A program made the translations under genes and the position numbers. The notes beneath the pieces are model-generated. The model made no database searches. It was not told where the DNA came from and was given only the letters and a program-made list of their open reading frames with translations. Positions 41,575-57,300 of a stretch of 64,000 nucleotides of DNA are shown here, piece by piece. The DNA is taken from NCBI GenBank assembly GCA_964016885.1, contig OZ024743.1:86242001-86306000 (forward strand). Direction: 5' to 3'. This DNA comes from Eledone cirrhosa (taxonomy: Eukaryota). The stretch's first letter is position 1. Each line of letters starts with the position of its first letter.

Positions 41575-42640
41575 AGTCCTTTTAAACATTAGGAAATTAA
41601 TCGCCATCATTTGCGATTACTGTCTGCCATCGTTTAGGAAGGCACATGATTCCATCCCTGTAGAATTCTTCTGACTTCGATGCAAATACTTTCGTCAGCT
41701 ATTGATTTAACTGGTCTTCATTGGCGAAGGTCTTTGAACGCATTGCATTGTTGGTTGAGAGAAAAAGTGATAGTCTGTAAGTGAGAGGTTGGATAAATAC
41801 GGTAGGTGAGGCAGAACTTTCCAATTTAGCTCCAGCAGCTTCTCACAGGTCATCTTTGATGTATGCAGTTGACTGTTATCATGAAGGAATCGAACAGGAG
41901 CATAGTGTGGGCGCACCTGTGTGATTTTTGCCACTAATAGTTGTTGGCAATAGATGCCAGAGATTATGTTGGTGTTCAGTGTGAGAAGCTCCTAGTGGAT
42001 GACACCTTTCCAGTCCCACCAGACGCTCAGTAGGGTCTTGTGAGGATGGAGGCCAGCCTTTGCTTGCTGTCATGGAACACACTCTTTATCAACCCACGAT
42101 TGCTTGCACTTGACATTAATGTAGAGACATCATTTTCCATCATCATTGATAATGGAATGTAACCAGTTGGTTGTGAAATGGTAGGAGAGCCGAGAAGTCG
42201 CAGCTGCTGCTCAACATTCACGATTAAGGTCAGCCAGATTGTGGGGAAGCCATTCGTCCAGCTTGGTCACGTTGCCTATTGCATGAAAGTGATTAAGGAT
42301 GGCTGTTTTCGATGCCCCAAACACTTCGGAGAGTTGACATGATGTCTGGCATGAGTCGGCTTCCAGCAACTCACACAGTTGCACATCATTGAGATCGATC
42401 CTCAAGGTTGTAATCACCAGAACAGAAGGGTGCGAATTAGGCACCCGTTCAGATATGGCGTGTGACCCAATTGCATCGTTAATGCGACGACTCGATGCTG
42501 CTGTGCTTGACCAGATTTAATGCCATAAAGAAAACAGCCATGAATAATCGATTTGGATAGATCCATGTTGCTTCACTTTTGACGGTGAAAATGAGAAATG
42601 AAAATGAAAAATGCACATAGTGTATAACAACATCACTTCT
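41575..42640 (-). mobile_element. Mariner transposase relic
   Basis: LDEWLPHNL (WVPHEL-like), FLHDN, VLPHLPYLSNLSLTDYHFF (YSPDLAPSD-like); several frameshifts. Confidence 0.85.
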
Positions 42641-42731
42641 TATATATATGTACGCATGCGCAACATCAACATTTCCAGAAAACTCTATCAGAATACCGTC
42701 TTTTGAAAAACAGCTGCAACTTTCCAATCCA

Positions 42732-42803
<72 letters not shown>

Positions 42804-42903
42804 CAGTGTGAGCGAGTGTGTGTATTTGTGCGTGTATTTTTATATACATACGTGTGTATTGTGAAATAAATAGATAGATGGACATATATATATATATATA
42901 TAT

Positions 42904-43095
42904 ATAGGAACGAGTAGGACCCCGACGGCTGAGCTCAAGCCGTTTCGACGGCTAATTCAGTCCAGAATTAGCCGTCGAAACGGCTTGAGCTCAGCCGTCG
43001 GGGTCCTACTCGTTCCTATTACCCACTTTACTACCCTAAGTATTGAGTACTTTGGTGCGTTATGGTCCACCTGCTTCCTTACCACATTTCCTTCG

Positions 43096-43097
<2 letters not shown>
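42904..43097 (+). mobile_element. Fold-back mini-element, family A
   Basis: 55-bp arms, 6-nt loop at 42959-42964; stem III ACGGCT/AGCCGT plus C. Confidence 0.87.
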
Positions 43098-43147
<50 letters not shown>

Positions 43148-43291
43148 ATTAAAATACTGGAGCGTGTTGGAGTTAAACACACTCTTCGTATTATAGAAAT
43201 GACAGTATAAGATATAGCTCAATGTAATTAAACAGAGCCGAAGAATTATGAAAATAAAACAAAGAAGCCTTCAATACATCAAAAGTCTTTA

Positions 43292-43335
43292 TTAGCCAAC
43301 AATGTTTCGTCCAATTAAGGACTCATCAGGGCAAT
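43292..43335 (-). ncRNA. Canonical minimal type-I hammerhead ribozyme
   Basis: gcc-CTGATGA-gtcc-ttaatt-ggac-GAAAC-att-GTT-ggc. Confidence 0.82.
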
Positions 43336-44031
43336 CAAAACCACAAGAAGTACTATCGGCCAATACAAGCCGAAAACTCCGAAGAATATGGAGTGTACAT
43401 ACACTAAAGTATTGGAAGATTATGGGTAAAAATATATAATAAAAATCACTAAGGAGGTGGATAACATTTTGAACCATATTACAAATATAGTCCAAAGCAA
43501 AAAAACTAAAGGTGGTTATATAGAGCAGGGAATTATAGTACTATATATAATACAATATAATATAATATAATATACTTGTAACAATATTAAAATTAAAATT
43601 AAAATTAAAAGGCACAATATACATATGTATATATGTACGCACACGTACGCACATATACATATACATCAATACACATTTCCATCATTAACAGCACAAATAA
43701 ACCTTATTAAGAGTTTAAATATAAATAAGCATAATAGGAATAAAAATAATAATAATACGTATATCTAATATACAGTATAACATGAAGTAATGAAATGATT
43801 AAAAGTAACACATATAATATATAATAAACTATATAATTATATAATATATAATATAATATAATAGATAATCTCCGGTTAATTTACACAAACAATATAGATG
43901 TCACAATAATACTATAATAATAATAATATAATAATATATAATATATAATTGCATGTAAGTTAACAAATCAATTCATATAGAGTTACAGAGTAGGTGAGAA
44001 AACGTTATGTATATATATATATATATATATA

Positions 44032-44226
44032 TAACGAAGGAGTTGTGACAAGGAACCCGATGGGCCATAACGCACCAGAGTACTCAATACTTAGGGTAGT
44101 AGAGTGGGTAGTAGGAAAATGTATGACCCCGACGGCAGAGCTCAAGCCGTTTCGACGGCTATTTCTGGTCCAGAAATAGCCGTCAAAACGGCTTGAGCTC
44201 TGCCGTCGGGGTCATACATTTTCCTA
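44032..44226 (-). mobile_element. Fold-back mini-element, family A (reverse orientation)
   Basis: 57-bp arms centred at 44169; tail on the left; (TA)n flanks. Confidence 0.87.
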
Positions 44227-44254
44227 TATATATATATATCCATCTATCTATTTA

Positions 44255-47200
44255 TCTCCAGCGAAGAAAACAGTACGGAAGTGTTTCCGTACTGTTTAAA
44301 AGCGAGGCACTCGCCCCAAAAAACTCTGTGACACCAATGGTGTCAAAAGCATACACCTTTTTCCCTACATACATGGGAAAAAGGACACAAAAAATAAAAA
44401 TAAAAAACATACCTCCAAACATTAACATCTGGTGGATCTTGGCTGGCTTCGTAGAGTCAGACACTGATATGATACTTTCGATACGAAAATCTATTCGACA
44501 AAGGTGGGCTGGCACAGATTTGAAAATTCTGTTGCAAATGAAACCGGAGAGACTCTCCAAAATACCCGAAAGAGTCGTTATCGATAATAATAACAAAATA
44601 AACATTTCGGTAGATGGACGAAAATTTCATTGCTTTCGCTGTGGTAGCACAGCACACCTAAAAGCCTCTTGTCCACAAACACACAACAACACCATAAAAA
44701 AAAACGCTATTACCAACACCAACACCAAAACAACCACCACCACCACAAGTACAACGACAGACGAAACGAGCAACCACACCAAAACAAACAGACACTCAAC
44801 CAACAACAACAGAAAAAACAGAGACAACACCCCTGAAGAACACATCCCCACTCAATCCCACTCCATCAAACACTACCACAAACACACACACCGAAACACC
44901 ACCACCACACAACATACCCTTACCCCACACACCTGACGATGATTATTCATCGACGGATGAAGCTGCTTCTCCTTCTTTAAGTGAAGAAGAGGGAGAACCG
45001 CGGAAATCTAAAAAACAAAAAAAGAGACACCACAAAACCCCCAAAACTCCAATCACCAACACCAACACACAACCACAGACACAAACAACAACACAAACAA
45101 CACCACAGTCAAACATCCCCCTATCAGCAAAACCAGCACCAACACCACCCCAAACACAAGCATCCACCATAAAAAGAAAACTCCCGGACGAACAACAAAC
45201 TAAAACAACACAACAAAAACACAAACAACAATACGCATACATCAACACAAACAACAAGAGTTTGATGGAGGTCATCTCCCAAAACCCCAAGGTGGAGACG
45301 GAGGGCAAAACTTTCGTCAAGGCAGAATCGTCTCCACACCTTAAACTTATAAGGGTTTCTATAGAAACCTATAATGACCTAAAAAATAAATTTTCACAGG
45401 ACGTGGGCAACCCCTGCCACAAACCCATCAACCGCGTCCTGTTAAAATGTTTCACCATCCAGCACCCAAATGGAGATTGAACAACTCGATCTCCAGGAAA
45501 CGAAAAGGTAAGTGCACCTTTCGTCCTTTTTCTCCAACTTTTCTTCACCAACATGGCTAGTTTACGAGTTGGAACCGTGAATGTGCGTGGCCTAGGGATA
45601 CCCTGGAAATAGGGCCAACTTTTAAACGACGTTAGGTCACACAGTATGGATATGATAGCCATCATCGAGTCCAGGATCCACAACAGGCAGCAACTAACCC
45701 CCATCTTCGACGACTTTGAGATCTACGCATCTCTCTGTCAGTCAGGAGGTGGAGGTGGCGTGGCTGTCATGTTTCGGAAGAACCTGGACGTCGGAGTACA
45801 GTAAGTACACTTGAACCCGGAGGGTAGACTGGTAGTCCTAGACGTGAACAGTATCGGAGGTGGAGCCTTCAGACTGGTGGCCGTTTATGCCCCAACCGGG
45901 CAATCGCAATCACGGCCAGACTTCTTTAAGCGTCTAGAGTCTTTTCTGGGAACGTCTCGCTCCTTACTTTTAGTGGGGGACTGGAATGGTATCCTAGATG
46001 CACGATGGGACTATGTGGGAGCATGTCCCAGTGGAGCGGGGTGCAACAGCCTCAAAACTTTAATCGGCCAATTCCAACTGGCCGATAGGTATCGACTGGA
46101 TTTCCCGACTGCACCACAGTGGACGTGGGCAAACCGCAGTGGGACATCTAGATCGTATTTAGATAGGTTCTTCATTAGAGAAAGGGACAAGGAGATGTTA
46201 AGCTGTCCACGAATGCACATGGTTGCCTATTCAGATCACAAGTTAGTCGTCTGCTTAGTCAACCGAGATAGAATACATAGACAGGGTCCCGGATACTGGA
46301 AGCTGAACGTGTCGTTGCCGGCACGTAAAGCTTACAGTGAATGGATAAGTAGACTAGTCAAGCAACAGTTAACGGGAGCCATCGTCGACAATAGATGGTG
46401 GTACTCTCTCAAGAAAGCAATTAGAATAGATTCGATAGGGTATAGCAGAGAGTTAGCCTTAGAGAAAAACAGAATAGAAAGTGAACTAGTAGCCAAGGTA
46501 GAGGAGGCACTTAGAAGTGGCAACGCGGCTAGAGTGTTAGCGTCGAGAACGACACTGGACCAGTTCTTCGATGCGAAACACGAAGGCTGCGTGATTAGAA
46601 GCAAAACACGTGCTCTAGGAAACGAAGGAGCGAAAGCTGTCAGCTGGGCCCGAGTGGCGGAGGCAAAAAGTGGCAACAAGTCCACGATTCGGTCTTTGAA
46701 AGACCAAAACGGACGCGTGCTACTTGACCCCAAGCAAATGTGCGCGGCCTTTCAGCGGCACTTTGCGCGACTGTTTGAGCAGAACGACGGTGAGCCGAAC
46801 GGGGCAATGGACTTTAGTTCATACCTCGACGTCCTGCCGCGTCTCTCGAACACGGACGCCGAGTTCTGCGAAAGACCGATCACAGACACTGAGATACGGG
46901 ACGCTCTGGGCCGCTGCGGGAAACGCAAGTCACCCGGTCTAGATGGTCTACCCTACGAATTTTACATAGGCATGCCGAACTTGTTCTCTGGCGTCCTCGA
47001 AGCCGTCTACTGCAATTGGCAGCAGAACGGGAGAATTCCCAGTTCTGCAGGCAAGGGCGTAGTAACGTTGATCAGGAAAGACGAGAACAAGGGGGACGAA
47101 ATTAACAACTTTAGCCCCATAACTCTGCTCAACACAGAGTTAAAGATTTTGACCAAGGTGCTAGCGACGAGGTTGGCGCTTGTCGTCAAGAACCTGGTAG

Positions 47201-49240
47201 GGAAAGCACAAACCTGTGCAATCCCGACCAGGTCCATACACGACAACCTCCACCTCATGTGATACATAATAGAGAGGGTGGGTAGTAAACCCGGCTTCGG
47301 TGGGGCTCTGATCAACTTGGATCAGTCTAAGGCATTCGATAGGGTCGACCATCGATACTTGGAAGCGGTTCTCAAGGAGGCCGGTTTCGGTCCCGTGTTC
47401 AGAGGCTGGATCGAGGCGATGCACACCAGCATCTGCTCGAGGGTCAAGGTGAAAAGCTACCTATCGGAGCCGTTCGCAATCACGCGTTCCATTCGACAGG
47501 GGTGCTCTCTCTCCTCCATTCTGTATGTATTGACTCTAGAGCTACTACTGCGGAAATTGGAGATGTTGCAGGGCATCCCTCTAGAACCGGGACTGCGCAA
47601 AGCGGCGTCGGCTTATGCCGACGACGTGACGGTAATGGTGTCGAGCACCTCGGAAATCGGGGTGATCGGCAACTTACTGAAAGAATACGAAACGCTGACG
47701 GGAGCAAAACTAAACCCGGACAAGTCTGTCGGTTTGCAACTCGGTACGTGGAGAGGCAAACCGATGACGTCCGACAGCGTCGTTGGACGCTGGACGGACG
47801 GACCGGTGAAATTACTCGGGGTCTGGTTCGGTCCAGACCTCCAGGTGGAGAAAAACTGGAACGAGGTCACGGCCAAGGTGTTTGCACTCACCCAGAAGTG
47901 GGCAGAGTGCAAACTGTCCTTAAAAGGTCGAGCGGAGTTGGCGAACACTTTCATAGCGTCCGTCATCTACTACCGCTTGACTGTCGTGCCTTGTCCCCGT
48001 GAACACCTCGCCAAGATGGAACGCATGCTCTTCCAGTTTCTGTGGAAGAAGCAGGCTCCGCTGGTGAGGAGATCCGTCTGCTGTCAGCACCCTTCCAACG
48101 GAGGGCTGGGAATGCCGTGGCTGATGATGCGGAAACATGCACTGAGGCTGCGGCATCTCCAGGTATTCCTCACCGATCCCCACCGGTGTGGGCACCGTTT
48201 GTGAGACAGGCTTTCCCACAGCTCGTCTCGCTGACGGAGCTGCAGTCCTGGGTGAAGAAAAGACCGAAAACGATGGGCGCCTGGCACATTGAATGCGCTC
48301 AGGCGCTCACAGTCCTCTGGCAAGCGGGCGCAGAAATCAGTGGAGACTCCACTTCGACATTCTAAAGAGGGATTGTACGTTACAAGGGCGACGACGTGTT
48401 CGGAGAGACTCTGGGCGTCGAAGACGATGAGGTCACCAATCTGTTTGGTAGGACTTTCCACCCGGGACCTATGGACAACTTCCAGAGGTCCCTGGCCTGG
48501 CAGTGCTACCGAGGAGCTCTACCGGTTCGTGACAAGATCTAGAGGCACGGACGCCCCGGCAGGGATCCTTCCAAGAGGACGTGTCCAAGATGCGCGCAGG
48601 ACATTGAAATAGTCCTGCACGCAATTCTACACTGTCCGGGCGTAACCGACCTGTGGAACTATGCAGAACAACTGTTGTCGCGTATGGGACAAATACAGTT
48701 GACTGCCGAGTCCATAGTAAGGATCAAACCGCCAGCCTCTTTCAAAAACGAAAGAGAGGCGGTTTTCCTCTGTACGGTGGCTATGGTGAAAGAAGTTATA
48801 TGGTGGACGAGATTGAGAGGACTGAAGACAGATGCCTTTCTCTCCGCTCAACAATTGATTCCTTTCTTTACGTATCACTTTAGAAGGAGAATCAGGGTGG
48901 GGAGAGAGGCACTGCACCCCAGTAAATTTACTGAAAGGTGGGTAAATGAAGCGAAAATGGCCCGAGTGATTGGGCCTTCTCTGTATATAAACCTGTAGGT
49001 TGAAGAAGAGAGCAAAAGGAAGAAAGGAGCACTTGCACAACACGCTCCTGAAGTTGAGGGTTGTTCTATCGACGGGGTATTAAACCCATTTGTGGCGCCT
49101 CCCCCCTTTTGGGGATTTCGATTGTTATAATTGTTTGTTTTTATATTTTTTACACGACTGTATGTAAAATCCCCGGCATGTCTTTGTATTGTCCCCTTTT
49201 CTTGTGCGCCCTTGTGGCTAATAAAGAAATATATCTATTT
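44255..49240 (+). mobile_element. L1/Tx1-clade LINE, decayed (ORF1 plus ORF2)
   Basis: ORF1 knuckle CFRCGSTAHLKASC; ORF2 from 45553 GTVNVRGL, VYAP, GDWN, YLDRF, SDH, GPGYWKLN, KSPGLDGLP, LDQSKAFDRV, IRQGC, AYADD, CPRC..H...HC; AATAAA at 49220. Confidence 0.93.
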
Positions 49241-49264
49241 ATCTCACAACACACACGTAATTTA

Positions 49265-49365
<101 letters not shown>

Positions 49366-49449
49366 AGTAGCTGGATGAGTTGAACAGAGTACATCTCAAC
49401 TGGTCTTAATATATATATATATATATATATTAAAGCTGAAAGCTTTTTT

Positions 49450-51635
<2,186 letters not shown>

Positions 51636-51650
51636 GTATATGTATATACA

Positions 51651-52703
51651 TAAAGTGGTAGAAAAGCCAGGAACTACCATAAAATCCCTGATCAGCAAAA
51701 CTTACTCCTTTAAGAAAACTCACTATACTAATAAGAAATGTGTTATATGGTTGTTGTTATTGCATTCATTTTTTTATGTTCAACCTCGGTTTTCTTAGTT
51801 TTATATCAGTTGCTTCTCTGATTTGCCTACCTGTTGAGTCATTTCTATGTTTAGATATTATTTTAATTTCTATGTTGGCTATATTACCATCATCTCTTTG
51901 TTTGGCGTGTTCATATAGTACCAAACCGTCTTTTTGTCCTTTTAGTTCCCTCCAGTGTTGGTCTAATCTCTCCCCTATACTCCGAGCTGTCTCCCCTAAG
52001 TATGTCGTTGCCATGTTTCTGCAAGTACCCTCTGTACATGTTATACTATAGACTGCACTTATAGTTTTACAATTTATTTGTGGATTTATTCTACATATAA
52101 CACATTTCTTTTAGTGCAGTGGGTTTTCTTAAAGGGTTAAGTTTTACTGATCATGGATTTTATGGTTGTTCCTGGTTTTTCCACAAACACGACACTCTGG
52201 TATCTCTGGTTGTCGTACCATGAAGTAGCTTTCCTAACTTATTTTAATCCTATCTATGCTATTCCATGATATTGCTCCTGTATAATGGGCAAATCCCTTT
52301 CATGTCCATCTCGATGAGGATCTTATATTTCTCTGTGGCTCCTTTTTACACCCTGATTCTGTCTCTTTGGTTGTAGCCAGAGAACTGCATGCGATTGATG
52401 AAGTGTTGTACGTGTCTTTCCAGTTCAGTTGGATCGCATATGCGGGACACATTCTTCATCACTCTTACCAAGTCTGCGATCAGAATATTAAACTTAGCAC
52501 TATTGGACATCGCTGAGTTTTTGAGTGTAAGGTATTTAGAGGCCATGGGTTTAGCATAATGTGAGTGGAGAATTTGGGTTTTCTCGTTTATAGTGTTTAA
52601 CCAGAGTTCAGTGTCTAATACTGGTATTCTATTGTTAGTGTGTTTGGAAGGGTAGTCGATAGTTACTTTTATGCTCTGGTGTTTGGAATTAGCTCTCTGA
52701 TTT
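51651..52703 (-). mobile_element. PLE (Naiad-type) fragment with a short inverted internal piece
   Basis: HYAKPMASKY..SAM..KFNIL; YLGETARSIGERLDQH; 51651-51746 is an inverted homologue of ~52093-52185. Confidence 0.85.
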
Positions 52704-52876
52704 TCAACCCATTTTCAACCGTAGCCATACATGGGTTGAGACCCACATCCTCGAATATGGTTTGCTAATTTGTTGTGGAACTAATTCGATACCGAACCGA
52801 CTGAGGGGTCTACTTACTACGGATATAACCTCCTTATATATGTGTGTGCGCGCGCACGGATGTGTATACACACACA

Positions 52877-52972
<96 letters not shown>

Positions 52973-53261
52973 TATATGTATACACATGCGTGTGCGCACT
53001 CACACACACAACACACACACATATATATAAATATATATACATGTGTGTGTGTGTGTGTGTGTATGCTATCATATGTATAGTATGGTATGGACCCGTAATT
53101 CCCGAGGAGTCACAGGGACGCCGTATTGATATACATCGTTTCTAGGGCATTTTTAAAAACCTGGTGGAGCCCATCCCCTCCCCAGGCCTGAATACAGCAG
53201 ATTTCTTCCAGAGAAGGATAGAAAGAGTGAGAGAAAGGAAGTGAGAAAGAGATACAGAGGA

Positions 53262-53400
53262 AGAATCGACCCCAGTACTTGACTGGTACTTTTATCGACC
53301 TTGAATGGCTGAAAGCAAAGTTGACTTCAGAAAGCAGAGAGCTGAAATGAATACTACAAAACATTCTATCCGACATTATAACGACTCCGCCAGTTCGCCG
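53262..53400 (-). mobile_element. Degenerate SINE
   Basis: ggtcgataaaagtaccagtcaagtactggggtcgat on the minus strand. Confidence 0.6.
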
Positions 53401-53969
53401 TCTCACACCATCATATAACGTCCATTAAATTATGATATATATTTATATATATATATGCCTGTGTGTGTGTGTGTGTGTGCGTGTGTGTGTGTTTGCGTGT
53501 GTGTGCGTGCAAGTGTCTGCGCGTGCGCGTGTGACACTTAGGCGTTTTAAGTGTAAGAATATTTGTAATTCTAAACCGATACGGCGCACAGCAATAATTT
53601 CTTTGTTGAATAGAAGTGAGAACAGAGTTGAAATAGAGACAGCTTTAATGTTTGTATATGTAGGGAATTCTTTTTAAAAATGTCTCCTTGATAAGGTTGT
53701 GTAATTGAGGACAATTGCTACTTATAACAAGCAAAACTAGAAGACAACGCCTTGTATTTTAGAAGACAAACACCAAATATAATTTTATATGTGATGTGGC
53801 AGTACAATACTAGATACAATACGTAATGAATACAGTCATGGAGTCCAATACATGAAAATGTAATGAATACAGCCATAGGGTCCAATATATGAAAATGTGA
53901 GGAATACAGTCGTGTTCCAAAAACCAGCCTAATAACATGAAAAATAGTTATATTACTAAATCCCTCAAT

Positions 53970-54360
53970 TCCTCGTCGAGACCTTAGGCGTCCTCAGACC
54001 CCGTACTGCCGAACTTCTCCGTAAAATCAGGTTGTCAGCAGCCCGTTTGAGGAAGAGGTCTCGCGAGCTGGGGTGGCTGTTGCAGTTGGTGTCGCTGGCC
54101 ATTGTCCGAGGAAATGCGTCCTAGGCATAGAGCCTATCACCCCCTCCCCTCCCCTCTCTCCCTCTCCCTTTCATGGACTCATAGTCCTTGCTTTTCCCCT
54201 CCTTTTCCTCTCATTTATTGCATTTATAGCCCTTTCTCCTACTTTTATTTACAGTGAGATCTGCCCTTCTTTACCTCTTCCCCTCTGTTCCTTGCTGGGT
54301 TTTGTTTTTATCCTTTTTTAATTTTCTGTTTCTTTTTCTTCTATATTTGTAAGGTTATTT
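53970..54360 (+). mobile_element. CRE-like retrotransposon extreme 3' end
   Basis: LVETLGVLRPRT..RELGWLLQLVSLAIVRGNA, homologous to the C-terminus at 28420-28560(-). Confidence 0.65.
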
Positions 54361-54362
54361 AT

Positions 54363-57300
54363 ACAACTGAGTTAGACACCTCAACAACAACAACAACTGA
54401 GTTAGACACCTCAACAACAACAACTGAGGTAGACACCTCAACAACAACAACAACTGAGTTAGACACCTCAACAACAACAACTGAGTTAGACACCTCAACA
54501 ACAACAACTGAGTTAGACACCTCAACAACAACAACTGAGTTAGACACCTCAACAACAACAACAACTGAGGTAGACACCTCAACAACAACAACTGAGGTAG
54601 ACACCTCAACAACAACAACAACTGAGTTAGACACCTCAACAACAACAACTGAGTTAGACACCTCAACAACAACAACTGAGTTAGACACCTCAACAACAAC
54701 AACAACTGAGGTAGACACCTCAACAACAACAACTGAGGTAGACACCTCAACAACAACAACAACTGAGTTAGACACCTCAACAACAACAACTGAGTTAGAC
54801 ACCTCAACAACAACAACTGAGTTAGACACCTCAACAACAACAACAACTGAGTTAGACACCTCAACAACAACAACAACTGAGGTAGACACCTCAACAACAA
54901 CAACTGAGGTAGACACCTCAACAACAACAACAACAACTGAGTTAGACACCTCAACAACAACAACTGAGTTAGACACCTCAACAACAACAACTGAGTTAGA
55001 CACCTCAACAACAACAACTGAGTTAGACACCTCAACAACAACAACTGAGTTAGACACAAAAACAACAACAACAACTGAAGTAGACACCTCAACAACAACA
55101 ACTGAGGTAGACACCTCAACAACAACAACAACTGAGTTAGACACCTCAACAACAACAACTGAGTTAGACACCTCAACAACAACAACAACTGAGTTAGACA
55201 CCTCAACAACAACAACTGAGTTAGACACCTCAACAACAACAACAACTGAGGTAGACACCTCAACAACAACAACTGAGTTAGACACCTCAACAACAACAAC
55301 TGAGTTAGACACCTCAACAACAACAACTGAGTTAGACACCTCAACAACAACAACAACTGAGGTAGACACCTCAACAACAACAACAACTGAGTTAGACACC
55401 TCAACAACAACAACTGAGTTAGACACCTCAACAACAACAACTGAGTTAGACACCTCAACAACAACAACAACTGAGGTAGACACCTCAACAACAACAACTG
55501 AGGTAGACACCTCAACAACAACAACAACTGAGTTAGACACCTCAACAACAACAACTGAGTTAGACACCTCAACAACAACAACTGAGTTAGACACCTCAAC
55601 AACAACAACAACTGAGGTAGACACCTCAACAACAACAACTGAGGTAGACACCTCAACAACAACAACAACTGAGTTAGACACCTCAACAACAACAACTGAG
55701 TTAGACACCTCAACAACAACAACTGAGTTAGACACCTCAACAACAACAACAACTGAGGTAGACACCTCAACAACAACAACTGAGGTAGACACCTCAACAA
55801 CAACAACAACTGAGTTAGACACCTCAACAACAACAACTGAGTTAGACACCTCAACAACAACAACTGAGTTAGACACCTCAACAACAACAACAACTGAGTT
55901 AGACACCTCAACAACAACAACAACTGAGGTAGACACCTCAACAACAACAACTGAGGTAGACACCTCAACAACAACAACAACTGAGTTAGACACCTCAACA
56001 ACAACAACTGAGTTAGACACCTCAACAACAACAACTGAGTTAGACACCTCAACAACAACAACTGAGTTAGACACCTCAACAACAACAACTGAGTTAGACA
56101 CAAAAACAACAACAACAACTGAAGTAGACACCTCAACAACAACAACTGAGGTAGACACCTCAACAACAACAACAACTGAGTTAGACACCTCAACAACAAC
56201 AACTGAGTTAGACACCTCAACAACAACAACAACTGAGTTAGACACCTCAACAACAACAACTGAGTTAGACACCTCAACAACAACAACAACTGAGGTAGAC
56301 ACCTCAACAACAACAACTGAGTTAGACACCTCAACAACAACAACTGAGTTAGACACCTCAACAACAACAACTGAGTTAGACACCTCAACAACAACAACAA
56401 CTGAGGTAGACACCTCAACAACAACAACAACTGAGTTAGACACCTCAACAACAACAACTGAGTTAGACACCTCAACAACAACAACTGAGTTAGACACCTC
56501 AACAACAACAACAACTGAGGTAGACACCTCAACAACAACAACTGAGGTAGACACCTCAACAACAACAACAACTGAGTTAGACACCTCAACAACAACAACT
56601 GAGTTAGACACCTCAACAACAACAACTGAGTTAGACACCTCAACAACAACAACAACTGAGGTAGACACCTCAACAACAACAACTGAGGTAGACACCTCAA
56701 CAACAACAACAACTGAGTTAGACACAAAAACAACAACAACAACTGAGGTAGACACCTCAACAACAACAACTGAGGTAGACACCTCAACAACAACAACTGA
56801 GGTAGACACCTCAACAACAACAACTGAGGTAGACACCTCAACAACAACAACTGAGTTAGACACCTCAACAACAACAACAGAGATAGACACCCCAACAACA
56901 ACAACAGAGATAGACACCCCAACAACAACAACAACTGAGTTAGACACAAAAACAACAACAACAACTGAGGTAGACACCTCAACAACAACAACTGAGGTAG
57001 ACACCTCAACAACAACAACTGAGTTAGACACCTCAACAACAACAACTGAGTTAGACACCTCAACAACAACAACAGAGATAGACACCCCAACAACAACAAC
57101 AACTGAGTTAGACACAAAAACAACAACAACAACTGAGTTAGACACCTCAACAACAACAACAGAGATAGACACCCCAACAACAACAACTGAGTTAGGCTCC
57201 TCAACAACAACAACAACTGAGTTACACACCTCAACAACAACAACTGAGTTAGACACCCCAACAACAACAACAACAACAACTGAGTTAGACACCTCAACAA

